A stretch of DNA of 64,000 bases from Phoronis australis (Eukaryota; Animalia; Phoronida): positions 199,955 to 263,954 of the forward strand of contig NMRA01000509.1 in the NCBI GenBank assembly GCA_002633005.1, read 5' to 3'. Shown here in pieces: positions 39,344-50,579 of the stretch. Positions within the stretch are counted from its first letter, which is position 1; every line of letters begins with the position of its first letter. A program made the translations under genes and the position numbers. Below the pieces are notes generated by a model that searched no databases, was not told the origin of the DNA, and saw only the letters and a program-made list of their open reading frames with translations.

Positions 39344-41998
39344 CTTGTCTTTACAATTCAGTTTGTTCCAGCCATTGTCACAGCTGTTTGGTGGAAAAAG
39401 GTTTCTGCTACTTTTTAAGAGTAAAATTTGTACACTTTTGAAAATGTTAACTTTATATACTATAGGTCACTGGGGTATTATGATGGGAGTGGTGCTTGCT
39501 GTGAAAGAAATTTTTGTTCTATTATTATAAATATCTTAAATATCACAGGTTTCATTTGTCCTTGTTATTTTGACAGTGGAATGGATAATTGTTGTGTAGT
39601 AGTTACTGTGTTCTTGTTTAATATGTGAAATGAGATGTTAAGCTGGTAAAGTCTAAAAAATAGTTCAACATTTTGGCTCAGTATTAATATACCAACTCTT
39701 ATTGAAATTTCACCAGTGTTGCTGAGACTGTCAGTTGGGATTATTTCCATGTTTAGTATTGCCAGCATAGTCTTTTTGACTAGCCCTGGTTTTTGTTGTT
39801 TTTTTTTGTAAAATTCTGTATTAATATTTTTACTCTTGATCAACTAATCATTTAAAGAATTTTCATGTGTGCTTGATAAGATTTTGGAGAATCTATTCTT
39901 ACTTGATATAATTTTAGAAGTTTTTATTATAATTATATTTTTCCTGTGTGTTTTTTTAATTTTGAAATCTTTAGCTTGTTCTTCTTTGATTTTTAAGAAG
40001 ATAATTAATACATAAATATACAGTTTTAATTAAAATTGTCTGTGTTTTTATAGTGCAACAATGCTTATTCTACATACAGGTGAGGGTGAGCTATTCAGTC
40101 CCAAAAGATATAACTATGTACATTTAGTTAGCATCATAAACGAATGCCAAAAATATTAACATCAACTTCAGTGGAACTTATTGTAAATAGGTTTTCGGTA
40201 GGTGCCAAAACTTCTTCATCAGACGGAGTTCATAGACATGTGCAAGGCACGGGACCATGAGTCCGAGAACTTTTAAAAATCTGACCCACCATGTCTGTTG
40301 AAAGAAGCGTTTAACAAAGCAAATCTCCAGTGAACACCAAAATGTGCATTTCACCTTAACACGTACATTTCAATTCAGTTGCACATGACGTACGCTCAAT
40401 TCCATGTAGACCAAAGAAGGAAACGCCCTTCTCTGAAGCCTGTCGCTAACGGAGCGCCCCACACATACATCCGATTTCATAAAGATGGTTTAAAGTTATA
40501 CCTGGTTTAAAGTGGACTTAGACCAGGTTTAAAGATAATCTGCATTTCATAAAGGTGGTTTAACTTTTAGACCAGTGGTCTAGTAGAACCTGGTTTAACT
40601 CCAGTTTAAACCTGGTGAAAGTCAGTTTTCGTTTCACCAACGAGGTCTATATTCTTTAGACCTGTATCAAGATCTTAAACCAAGTTTAACTTGACTTGGT
40701 CAGACCCAGGTTTAATAATATTAACAGGGGTGGATCCAGGATTTTGAGTTGGGGGGCAGGGCACAGGAATGACCAGAATTTCGAAACTATAGATGCAGTA
40801 GCGGGCTAACCCGGCAGACCAGTCAGACCAACACCAAGTCGGAGAGTAGTAACATCCAGTTTTCACAGATTTAAGCCGCTCGTTAGTAGTCACCGCGCAG
40901 TCCCAAACCTACACTCAGGCTTGTACAAGCGGCCGAAGACCTACATGCAGGTTTGATGGACAAATTCGGTTGTTCAAGAATTCCTACGCATGCGTGAAGT
41001 TTGCGGTATCAACCCCTCCAAAAGTGAAGTGTTTCTTGAACAAAACCCTACGAAAGGTTCACTTTTTCATGGGTCTCTTTTTGAGTTCAGTCTCTGTTAA
41101 TGAGTAGTATTCTAATTTTTAATCTGTCCTCTCTGCCAGGCGTAAAAAGTCTAGAACCTTGTCAGGGACTTGGTACGCCGTATCTGTTTTGAAATTCAAC
41201 TCTTGAAATTGAAGTCATAGTGATGTCATAAGCGATGTACCAACTGTGACCACTAGCCAGTAGAAGAAAGTAGGCGCAGGTTAGGAGGTACATTAAGGAA
41301 TTGTAAACTGTGATACCAGTGGGCTTTATTTTAGGATAAGTCAGACATAATCTGGACTGCTGCAAATTGTTGGCCACTGATTGGGCGATAAATGGAGATT
41401 CGTAAATTTAATGCGGAGATACATTAATTATGCACATCCGGGATACATAATCAAATTTGCAGGATAAGTCAGTGCAGTCTATTGTCAATTGCTTACCATA
41501 TATTTTTGCGATGTTGTGGGCATTGGTAATTAGCCGGACACGAAATTAGGGTAGGTTTCAAACTGAATAACTTCTTTTTGTACTGAGATCGGTTTTTAAA
41601 GAGCCTCCTAAGAAAGCATCCGAATCAGGAAAATACTCCATGGAGGCCCTTTCAGTATCATATTGCATGAAAACTGGTCAAGATGTCAAGATTTCTCAAT
41701 TCTTGATATGTAAAATGGCCGTTTTTAAAAGTTAAAGCTATTTCGTGAGATTTCTTTTGCGGTAGCCATGCTACTGACAAAGTGAAAGTGAAACTTTCAG
41801 ATTTGCTCTTGGCGGGAAGAGCGTGGTATGGACGATTAAAGTTCCACTGTTTATCTTGAGTTGGGAGCCATCATATAGAATTGTTCTCAGGCCTAGATCA
41901 CAATTCCATCATCTTACTGCAACTCCTGTCTTCTACCCTAATGTTGTCAGAAGAAGTGCTGTACTTCAAATCCCCAATTTTGCCATTTACAGTGGATA

Positions 41999-43795
41999 AT
42001 GGAGCTCGTGCACGCCTACAAGAAACTTCGGAGAGATTTCGGGAAGAATTGCAACTTTATAGATTGCAAGCCTGAATTGCTCGTGAATATTCAACCAAAT
42101 GCAGAGCTCTCGTACAACTTCATTCCGCGCGAGGTTGTTGAGGCAGCTGCGCAAAACGTCTGTGCCATGTCAGAGCACACAGTTAACACAGAAGTTAGTG
42201 AAACAGAACACCGTGGCTGTCTCCACTTGGAAGGTGGTTGGCCAAAAGAAATCGACCCAAAATCAATTGAGCATGTTACTCGCTTCAGAAAAAAGGCTGA
42301 GAGAATCGAGGGCTACGTTAACGCAGTAGCAAGTCTTGGGCCATCCGTTCTTCACTGCATCAACCAGAACAACGCAGTTGATATCTATGAGGAGTATTTT
42401 ATAGATACACCTTGTAGAGAAAGGATGCCCCCGCCAACCGCTAAAACCATCGTTACCATCAGAGACCCGCATGACATCAAACGTCCAGTATCTCATTTAT
42501 CTTGGTCACCTTTTGGAGGACGACGGATTGCCGTTGCACACTGCGCACTTGACTTCCGACCCGAGGGTTTTGAGGGCAGCGTTAACTCCTACATATGGAA
42601 CGTGGAAGAGTTCAACGCTCCCGAGTTAAAAATTAAGCCTCATTCGCCTCTTCTGTCGTTGGAATTTAATCCCAAGGATCCGACTCTTGTGGCTGGCGGA
42701 TGTTATAATGGGCAGGTTTTACTTTGGGATACTCGAAGATCTGGCTCTTTGTCAATTCATACAACACCGATGGACAAAAGTCACAAAGATCCTGTATACG
42801 AAGTTATTTGGCTGCAAGGAAAGTCAGGCACTGAGTGCTTCTCGGCTTCCACTGATGGCCAAATTTGTTGGTGGGACACGAGATACCTTGTGGAACCATA
42901 TGAGTCCTTGACGGTATGGTCACAGACCATACCTGGCTATGCCGAGGGTGTCGTCTGCTTAGACTACGATATGAGCTTACCAACGAAGTTTATAATGGGA
43001 ACGGAAAGTGGTAACATAATGACTGGGAACAGGAAGGCAAAGAGTGTCGGCGACCGGATCATGAATGTCTACCAAGGTCATATAAGTCCCGTGCAAGCTG
43101 TTCATCGACACCCGTTTTTTCCAAAGTTCTTTATAAGCGTTGCTGATTGGACGGTTAGGATTTGGTCAGAGGACTGCAAGGAATCTTTGATGGCAACACC
43201 TTCTTCTAAATTTTACCTGAGTGATGTATGCTGGAGTCCCGTGCGTCCAGCCGTCTTCTTCTCATCCAACGTAAATGGCAAGATCGACGTGTGGGACTTG
43301 GTGGTCAAACACAATTCTCCCGTGTTAACGATGCGCGTTAGCGACAGCTCGCTAACCAAACTACGTGCGCAAGAGCAAGGGAATATCGTGGCCACTGGAT
43401 CCATCAAAGGGACCACGGCTTTACTAGAACTGTCTGATAATTTGTCAGCCCTGCAACAAGATGAAAAACAACAAGTGGCCGCAATGTTTGATAGACAAAG
43501 CAAACATGGAAAAGCTCACGAAACGCGTGCTAAGACAGCAGTCAAACGAGTGACAGCACGACAGCGTGGGGCATCGGCGCTGGGTCTTAAATACTCAATA
43601 AGCTCAAGCCAAGAGTCGAATCCTGATATCAGACGTGTCGACCGAGAATTCTTTGACACATTGAGGTACATTCAGTCTCGCAGGGAAGGGCGCCGTCAGA
43701 CGTCTGCTGATGCCGATAACTTTGTCATGAATGAATCTCCCTTGAAGGAATCGTCAAGGGAATCGGTCTCCTCATATTCGTCGTCCCTTGAATAG
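41999..43795 (+). CDS. DNAI2: Axonemal outer-arm dynein intermediate chain 2-like (WD40), single coding exon, 598 aa
   Basis: The N-terminus MELVHAYKKLRRDFGKNCNF...HLEGGWPKEIDP...RFRKKAER...HCINQNNAVDIYEEYF parallels DNAI2. WD repeats include GGCYNGQVLLWDTR, SHKDPVY, ASTDGQICWWDTR, DWTVRIWSED and WSPVRPAVFF. Confidence 0.95.
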   Translation: MELVHAYKKLRRDFGKNCNFIDCKPELLVNIQPNAELSYNFIPREVVEAAAQNVCAMSEHTVNTEVSETEHRGCLHLEGGWPKEIDPKSIEHVTRFRKKAERIEGYVNAVASLGPSVLHCINQNNAVDIYEEYFIDTPCRERMPPPTAKTIVTIRDPHDIKRPVSHLSWSPFGGRRIAVAHCALDFRPEGFEGSVNSYIWNVEEFNAPELKIKPHSPLLSLEFNPKDPTLVAGGCYNGQVLLWDTRRSGSLSIHTTPMDKSHKDPVYEVIWLQGKSGTECFSASTDGQICWWDTRYLVEPYESLTVWSQTIPGYAEGVVCLDYDMSLPTKFIMGTESGNIMTGNRKAKSVGDRIMNVYQGHISPVQAVHRHPFFPKFFISVADWTVRIWSEDCKESLMATPSSKFYLSDVCWSPVRPAVFFSSNVNGKIDVWDLVVKHNSPVLTMRVSDSSLTKLRAQEQGNIVATGSIKGTTALLELSDNLSALQQDEKQQVAAMFDRQSKHGKAHETRAKTAVKRVTARQRGASALGLKYSISSSQESNPDIRRVDREFFDTLRYIQSRREGRRQTSADADNFVMNESPLKESSRESVSSYSSSLE

Positions 43796-44516
43796 CCGGT
43801 GCAAAGAATACAAAACTTAATAACAAAACTGTCATTTATGTGAACCATATGGTGAAATGGGACGAGGTCAAACAGCCCTGCGTAAAAATAGCATGTTTCG
43901 ACGAACTTCACTCAGGGTTAGTTGCCCCTATACTGTAATTTACGGGGAACTGTGAGGATTTTTGGGTTCATCAATTTTCCAACAGCTCATGTCATGAATC
44001 AAAGACATTGAAGTAATTTCCTCGCAGGGTTCGAGTAGATTTTTTCAAATGTTGCCAGCGATTCAAGTGTCTTCAAAATTTGTATTTGTTGTCACAGTGA
44101 GGACGCAGAAGGTTGTATGTTGTCCGTCGATAGAGGGTGTGAGAAACTCTGAAATTTCCATATGACTTTCGTACAGAGGTATAACGGGGTTAGGGTTAGG
44201 GTGGTGGATAGGTATAATGGGAATACTGTAGCTGTGAGCAGTCTGTGTTACATAGGTATAATGAGGTTAAGGTTGCTGTGAGCGGTCCATATTACATAGG
44301 TATAGCCTAATGTGGTAACTGTTGTTGTGAGAAGTCTGCAGTACAAAGATATAATGGCGTTAATGCTGTTATAAGCAGTGTGTAGTATATAGCTATAATG
44401 GTGTTAATATTTCTATAAGTAGCCCGTGGTGCATAGATATAATGGGTTTAATATTGCTATAAGCAGTCCGTAGTACACAGTTATAATAGGAAATATATAG
44501 ACGCTGAGGTTGGGCA

Positions 44517-44594
44517 GGAACCCCAACTGGGAATCGAACCACAGGTCTCTTGATTGCCGGTCTAGGGCTCTCACCACTGAGCTACTGAGGACCC
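44517..44594 (-). pseudogene. tRNA-like sequence (repeat-embedded)
   Basis: A box TAGCTCAGTGG and B box GGTTCGATTCC on the minus strand, with an imperfect cloverleaf. Confidence 0.6.
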
Positions 44595-45746
44595 GATATT
44601 TGTGCAAGTATTGTTTACAGCCAACTGTTAAGTCATACATCCCATGAGCGGCGTTTCGCCTTTTTCACATCGTTCCAAGGGATCGCGGTATGCGCCAGTC
44701 TACGTTTTAAATGATTACAGGGCGGTTGTACTGCGGAAATACGGCGGTGAGGGAAGAGCTGCTGTGGTCCTTATGGTGCCGCGGCGGTCATTACGGTGTC
44801 GTGGCGTTACCAATGCGGATTGGCCCAACCTGCGTTGGCACTGCGGAGATTTTGAACATGTTCGAAATTTCCGCTGTGCCACAGCAAAAATCCGCAGTTT
44901 TGACAGTTTTCTGCGGTGCTACGGAGACCAAAGGCGGAACCACTGCGGAACCACGGCGATCATGGCGGTGCAACTGCGGCCGTACAAGCACCGCAGTCGC
45001 ACTGCACCTCCAGTGTGACGGGTATAAGAGAAAGTCATCTCATTAGAGATGTACCGGTGCACTGTTGTGTCTCTCTCCTATGACGTACTGGCATTCCGGT
45101 TAGTTAGAGAGAATCAGTAGCCCGATGAATAGTATGAAATGTATGTGAAGTAACATACATCAGTTTTTATATAACTACAGCTGGTACATATAACTGGCGG
45201 ATTTAGAAGGGGGCCAAAGGGACCAGGCGGGCCCCCCAAAATTCTGCCAGATTCCATTTGGCAGTTCGGGAGTGTGAATGTCTCACGGGTAAAATCCTGG
45301 CTAATACTCTGCCCTTGCCCCCCAACTCAAAATCCTGGATCCGCCCCTGGACCACAACTACGGGACGCGAGAGCCCTCACTGTGAGCGATGTTACCGAGA
45401 GTAACCCATTGTTGCCGTATCACTGGCCGATTCAGGATTGTTGTCCTTTGGAATTCAGTTGACGTATTATACAGTTAGGCCTGTTGGAGCAAAACAAACA
45501 GGTTCGGGGGGCTTTACTCTTTATTTACATATGTTGCGGTAGTAGGAGGCGTGATAATAGTAGTAGCAGTAGTAGGTAAACTGAAAGAACCAAAAAAAAC
45601 ATGTTCAAGCTCACATGTTGCATAGGGCTCTACCATGTATATACAGTAACATTTAGGAGGACAACGCCCAAGTAAAATGATAACTGGCAAAGGGTATACA
45701 GTAATGACAAGCGTTCAAAACATTAAGTACACCTGAGAGAACATGA

Positions 45747-46021
45747 NNNNNNNNNNNNNNNNNNNNNNNNNNNNNNNNNNNNNNNNNNNNNNNNNNNNNN
45801 NNNNNNNNNNNNNNNNNNNNNNNNNNNNNNNNNNNNNNNNNNNNNNNNNNNNNNNNNNNNNNNNNNNNNNNNNNNNNNNNNNNNNNNNNNNNNNNNNNNN
45901 NNNNNNNNNNNNNNNNNNNNNNNNNNNNNNNNNNNNNNNNNNNNNNNNNNNNNNNNNNNNNNNNNNNNNNNNNNNNNNNNNNNNNNNNNNNNNNNNNNNN
46001 NNNNNNNNNNNNNNNNNNNNN
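45747..46021. other. Assembly gap
   Basis: Run of N. Confidence 1.
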
Positions 46022-46525
46022 TTTTTTTTTCAAATGTTGCCAGCGATTCAAGTGTCTTCAAAATTTGTATTTGTTGTCGCAGTGAGGACGCAGAAGGTTG
46101 TATGTTGTCCGTCGATAGAGGGCGTGAGAAACTCTGAAACCTCCATATGACTTTCGTACAGCGGTATAACGGGGTTAGGGTTAGGGTAGTGGATGGGTAT
46201 AATGGGAATACTGTAGCTGTGAGCAGTCTGTGGTACATAGGTATAATGGGGTTAAGGTTGCTGTGAGCGGTCCATATTACATAGGTATAGCCTAATGTGG
46301 TAACTGTTGTTGTGAGAAGTCTGTAGTACAAAGATATAATGGCGTTAATGCTGTTATAAGCAGTGTGTAGTATATAGCTATAATGGTGTTAATATTTCTA
46401 TGAGTAGCCCGTAGTGCATAGGTATAATGGGTTTAATATTGCTATAAGCAGTCCGTAGTACACAGTTATAATAGGAAATATATAGACGCTGAGGTTGGCC
46501 AATAATGAAATATATCAAAAAATCA

Positions 46526-46603
46526 GGAACCCCAACTGGAAATCGAACCACAGATCTCTAGATTGCCGGTCTAGCGCTCTCACCACTGAGCTACTGAGGA
46601 CCC
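46526..46603 (-). pseudogene. tRNA-like left arm
   Basis: A box TAGCTCAGTGG, CTAGA/TCTAG stem with a 7-nt loop, B-box-like GGTTCGATTTC and a downstream T-run. Confidence 0.6.
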
Positions 46604-48350
46604 GATTATTTGTGCAATTACTGTTTACAGCCAACTGTTAAGTCATACATCCCATGAGCGGCGTTTCGCCTTTTTCAAATCGCTCCAAGGGATCGCGGTA
46701 GGCGCCAGTCTACGTCTTAAATGATTACAGGGCGGTTGTACTGCGGAAATACGGCGGTGAGGGAAGAGCTGCTGTGGTCCTTATGGTGCCGCGGCGGTCA
46801 TTACGGTGTCGTGCCGATACCAATGCGGATTGGCCCAACCCCGCCGGCCGCCGTTGGCACTGCGGAGATTTTGAACATGTTCGAAGTTTCCGCCGTGTCA
46901 CAGCAAAGATCCGCGGTTTTGACAAGTTTCTGCGGTGCTACGGAGACCAAAGGCGGAACCACTGCGGAACCACGGCGATCATGGCGGTGCAACTGCGGCC
47001 GTACAAGCACCGCAGGCGCACTGCACCTCCAGTGTGACGGGTATAAGAGAAAGTCATCTCATTAGAGATGTACCGGTGCACTATTGTGTCTCTCTCCCAT
47101 GACTGGCATTCCTGTTAGTTAGAGAAAATCAGTAGCCCGATTAATAGTATGAAATGTATGTGACGTAACATACTGTACATCAGTTTTTATATAACTACAG
47201 CTGGTACATTTTACTGGCGGACTTAGAAGGGGGCCAAAGGGACCAGGGCCCCCTAAAATTCTGCCTGATTCCATTTGGCAGTTCGGGAGTGTGAATGTCT
47301 CACGGGTAAAATCCTGGATAATACTCTGCCTTTGCCCCCCAACTCAAAATCCTGGATCCGCCCCTGGACCACAACTACGGACGCGAGAGCCCTCACTGCA
47401 TGTGAGCCATCGGATGTTACCGAGAGTAACCCATTGTTGCCGTATCACTGGCCGATTCAGGATTGTTGTCCTTTGGAATTCAGTTGACGTATTATACAGT
47501 TAGGCCTGTCGTACTAACAACGGCAATTTACTGTGAGGTGGTCGAAAATAAGCTGTACCAAACTAGTAGACTTAAAGACAGGCAAAAATGAGCCAACTGC
47601 CTTTTAGATATGTTAAACACATGTATTTTTATGCAACATATCTTTGTTTCGTTTTATTCCACACAACCACTAACTAAGTACTACATATTTTATGCCCCCC
47701 ATATTATGTGCCCCCATCGGAAACCCCTTTTATCCTCTCGACGAATCACAGTAGACTGGTCTATTGACATCATCGTTGTGAGCAACACATTACCGCACTA
47801 ACCACAACCTGAGCAGCTGATCGGCTGCCGGGACAGTAAAAAATCAAATAATTTGCTCAAGGAACGTCACCAATTAGAAACATCGCCAACGTTAGGCATC
47901 AATGTCGATTGCTAATGCAGTTACTAAGCAGAACAATCGTGTCAGGCAAAGCAGGCTTAGCACCGAACAGCTGCGTAGATCTCGGATAGGATGCTATCGA
48001 TTCACTCACGACCGACGACGAACTAATTTTCGAAGTACTTGCACCCATGTAAAATGCCATACAACAGCCATGTTTCGTACTAAATCTGACAACGGCAAGC
48101 TTACAGAACTCTGTGGTGGAAAAATATTAATTTCTACCAACAGAGTACTCCCATATCAATACCTTCTTCAATAACCTGTCACCACATGTGGTCATTAATT
48201 TTTTCCAAAGATTCAACATATTCAATTTAAATCTTTTTCCGGTCGACTCCCACCCCATGTGACTGTTAAGTCGTACATGCCATGTGCGGCGTTTCGCCTT
48301 TTTCACACGGGACTTAACAGTTGGCTGTAAACAGTAATTGCACAGATATC

Positions 48351-48428
48351 GGGTCCTCAATAACTCAGTGGTGAGAGCACTAGACCGGCAATCTTGAGAC
48401 CTGTGGTTCGATTCCCAGTTAGGGATCC
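48351..48428 (+). pseudogene. tRNA-like right arm
   Basis: GGGTCCTCAATAACTCAGTGGTGAGAGC...GGTTCGATTCCC...AGGGATCC followed by TTTTT. Confidence 0.6.
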
Positions 48429-48784
48429 TGATTTTTCTGTGTTTATTTGATAAGTTATAATGGGGTTAGTGTTGCTATGAGCAGTCCTGTGTGTAGCATT
48501 CCCTGTTGACACTCTACAGCGTCCTGAAATGCTGGCGTGCGTTCAGTAGACGCTAGGACCTAGCTAAAACCTTGTCAAAGTCACGTGTTTTCATTTAAAA
48601 TGCACGGCAATATCTCACGCAATGTTGTGAAGTCTTGCTTTTTAGCGAGGTCCTAGCCTTACTGAACGGGAGGCTGGCTTCCTCTCCCTGCACTTACTGA
48701 GATTCTGGTTTACTTCATGGCCGCCGCAGTGTCACTGGCTTCGCGTCGTGTTAACACACACACTAAGACTTCTGATATATTTAA

Positions 48785-50459
48785 AGGAGAATGCCACCCG
48801 ATTTAATTAGCCTTTTTTGCCGTTTTAATCGGCCTATATCCACATCGCCTCGCATACGGTCGACCTTACCTTGCCAAGAGGTGTCATGTTATCCTGTGAG
48901 GAAGGTGAGTAACGACGTTAGCGACGTCAGTGGTTCATATGTAGAGCGAATGCCGCTATGTTGCGGTCCATCGTTCACGCTTGTCCGAACTAAGCAGCTT
49001 CGAGGAAAGCGGGTATATCGTTTTTTTACTTCCTCGAGAGTACGAAATGCTTAGGAAGTGGCTCATGGTGGTGAAGACTGAAATGTACGCTGTAAATAGC
49101 AAGTATGAGGCCGTGAAACACCTCCGTGTCTGTGGCCTGCACTGAGACGTCGACAGTGCCTGACGAATGACGGCTTACCAAATAACTCCATACGTTCCGT
49201 TGTCTGAGCTTGTTCACGGCGCCTCTCTAGTATTTCTTCATCACTGTATTCCCGTTCGAATTGGTAGCCTGTAAAACTTAATGATCCACCTGCAAAGTCG
49301 GGACTGATGAGCTCTAGCTCGTCCTAAGTCGGGATTGCGAGTTGCCATGTTGGCGTTTATTAGTGAGCGTTCTCAGGCTATTTCAAAATGAATTATTCTC
49401 ACCTAACCAATACTTATATAAAACTGAAACAAAGTCTGTCTCATTAGATGCAATTTGTAATGCCGTTGGAGTGTACTTCGTGAGTGCAAATGATTTTAGA
49501 AGCCAGAATAAATCACTGCGTTACCGGCTTTAAGTGCAATGACACCGAGGCCGTGTGAGTTCATGCCGTAAGTGTTTGCTGGCAGAAACTGTTGTGAAAC
49601 AACTCGATTTTCATCCCACGGCCAGGTGTTAGGGGAATCTTTATTTACATTTACATTACTCAAATAATGATTGTCAATGTACAACTTCAGCCCTGACGGT
49701 CGTTGTGGCCATGAAAGCGGAACCTGAATTCGCGGCCCCCGACGAGTAAGTAGATTTGCAGTTTCGTGACTAATTCACCAACATAATCAGGTGCACATTA
49801 CTTTGGCTCACTAGTATAGTATTTTCTTGACTGGAAGTTTAATTTCCACTGAACTTTGGCTGGTTTATGTTCGTAATGTCTGATCAGTTTCCGAGCCGCG
49901 TACTGGCCGGGATAATGAGTCAATCCGGCCGGCCGCGACAGGCCTGATCGGGCTCCGAGCCACTGGCCAGGATAACAAGCGTTTTGTGTTTAAAACTCAA
50001 AAACTCACAAGTCTAAACAACACAGATCTAGGTTCTCCTGTCTGTATCTCACGGAAAATACTTCGAAATTATCTCCGAACAGACCCCACACTCCTGCTAC
50101 GGACCTTATTGGCCTGCCGAACTTTGTTGGCTACAGTGTGTCCATATACCAATACATCCGTAAGAGCGAAATAAAACAACACGTTTTTATAAGAAGTCGG
50201 TGTATTTTTAAGGCTTTTACATCGAAGTTTGGTAATTTATTGGTGTTAAACGATGACTTCAAGCGATAAGCTGACACCAGTAACCCACGTTGTGAACTGC
50301 TGAACAGACTGCGTGTGAAACCGATGACGTCATTGGATAATTTCAACACCTCCGTCTGCCGTCAGGTGTCAGGTAACGCAACCGTACGTGTCGTTATGGA
50401 GTAGAACTACTCGATCTAAATTGATACAAATTAGGTTGTTTTTTGGGTGGCGTGCTCCT
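48785..50459 (+). mobile_element. Non-autonomous Kolobok-like THAP-remnant element, copy 2
   Basis: TTAA TSD, the same TIRs as 34449-36136 and colinear internal similarity to it. Confidence 0.85.
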
Positions 50460-50579
50460 TTAATATGCTAGATATCCACGCATTGATTGGGCCAAGGTGC
50501 AAAGCACCAGATCATTGTGTTCTTGTTTTAATGTTTAAAATCTCCTCGCCTGGTGTGTGTTGATCTGGTATCGACAGAC

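Larger units (their letters stand above)
44040..47510 (+). repeat. Direct duplication 44040-45485 / 46022-47510 flanking the gap 45747-46021
   Basis: Near-identical colinear sequence with scattered SNPs and small indels. Confidence 0.9.
46473..48452. mobile_element. Composite element with inverted tRNA-like arms and ~1.6-kb captured cargo
   Basis: Arms ~46520-46645 (-) and ~48310-48436 (+) are inverted copies. AGTTATAAT occurs on both flanks. The interrupted ~44-bp satellite resumes after 48461. Confidence 0.6.

Noticed and set aside
44186-44203. GGGTTAGGGTTAGGG as an interstitial telomere
   Set aside because: Only ~2.5 units, lying within a degenerate ~44-bp satellite.
44644-45046. GC-rich overlapping ORFs (also 46721-47065 and 56071-56437)
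   Set aside because: Stop-poor frames inside a Harbinger-type MITE, with no recognisable protein motif.
44040-47510. Biological tandem duplication
   Set aside because: Near-identical copies directly flank an N gap, so they are most likely uncollapsed haplotypes.
44517-48428. Functional tRNA genes
   Set aside because: Stems are imperfect, copies differ at core positions, the apparent GGC anticodon is atypical for eukaryotes, and all copies are embedded in a repeat.
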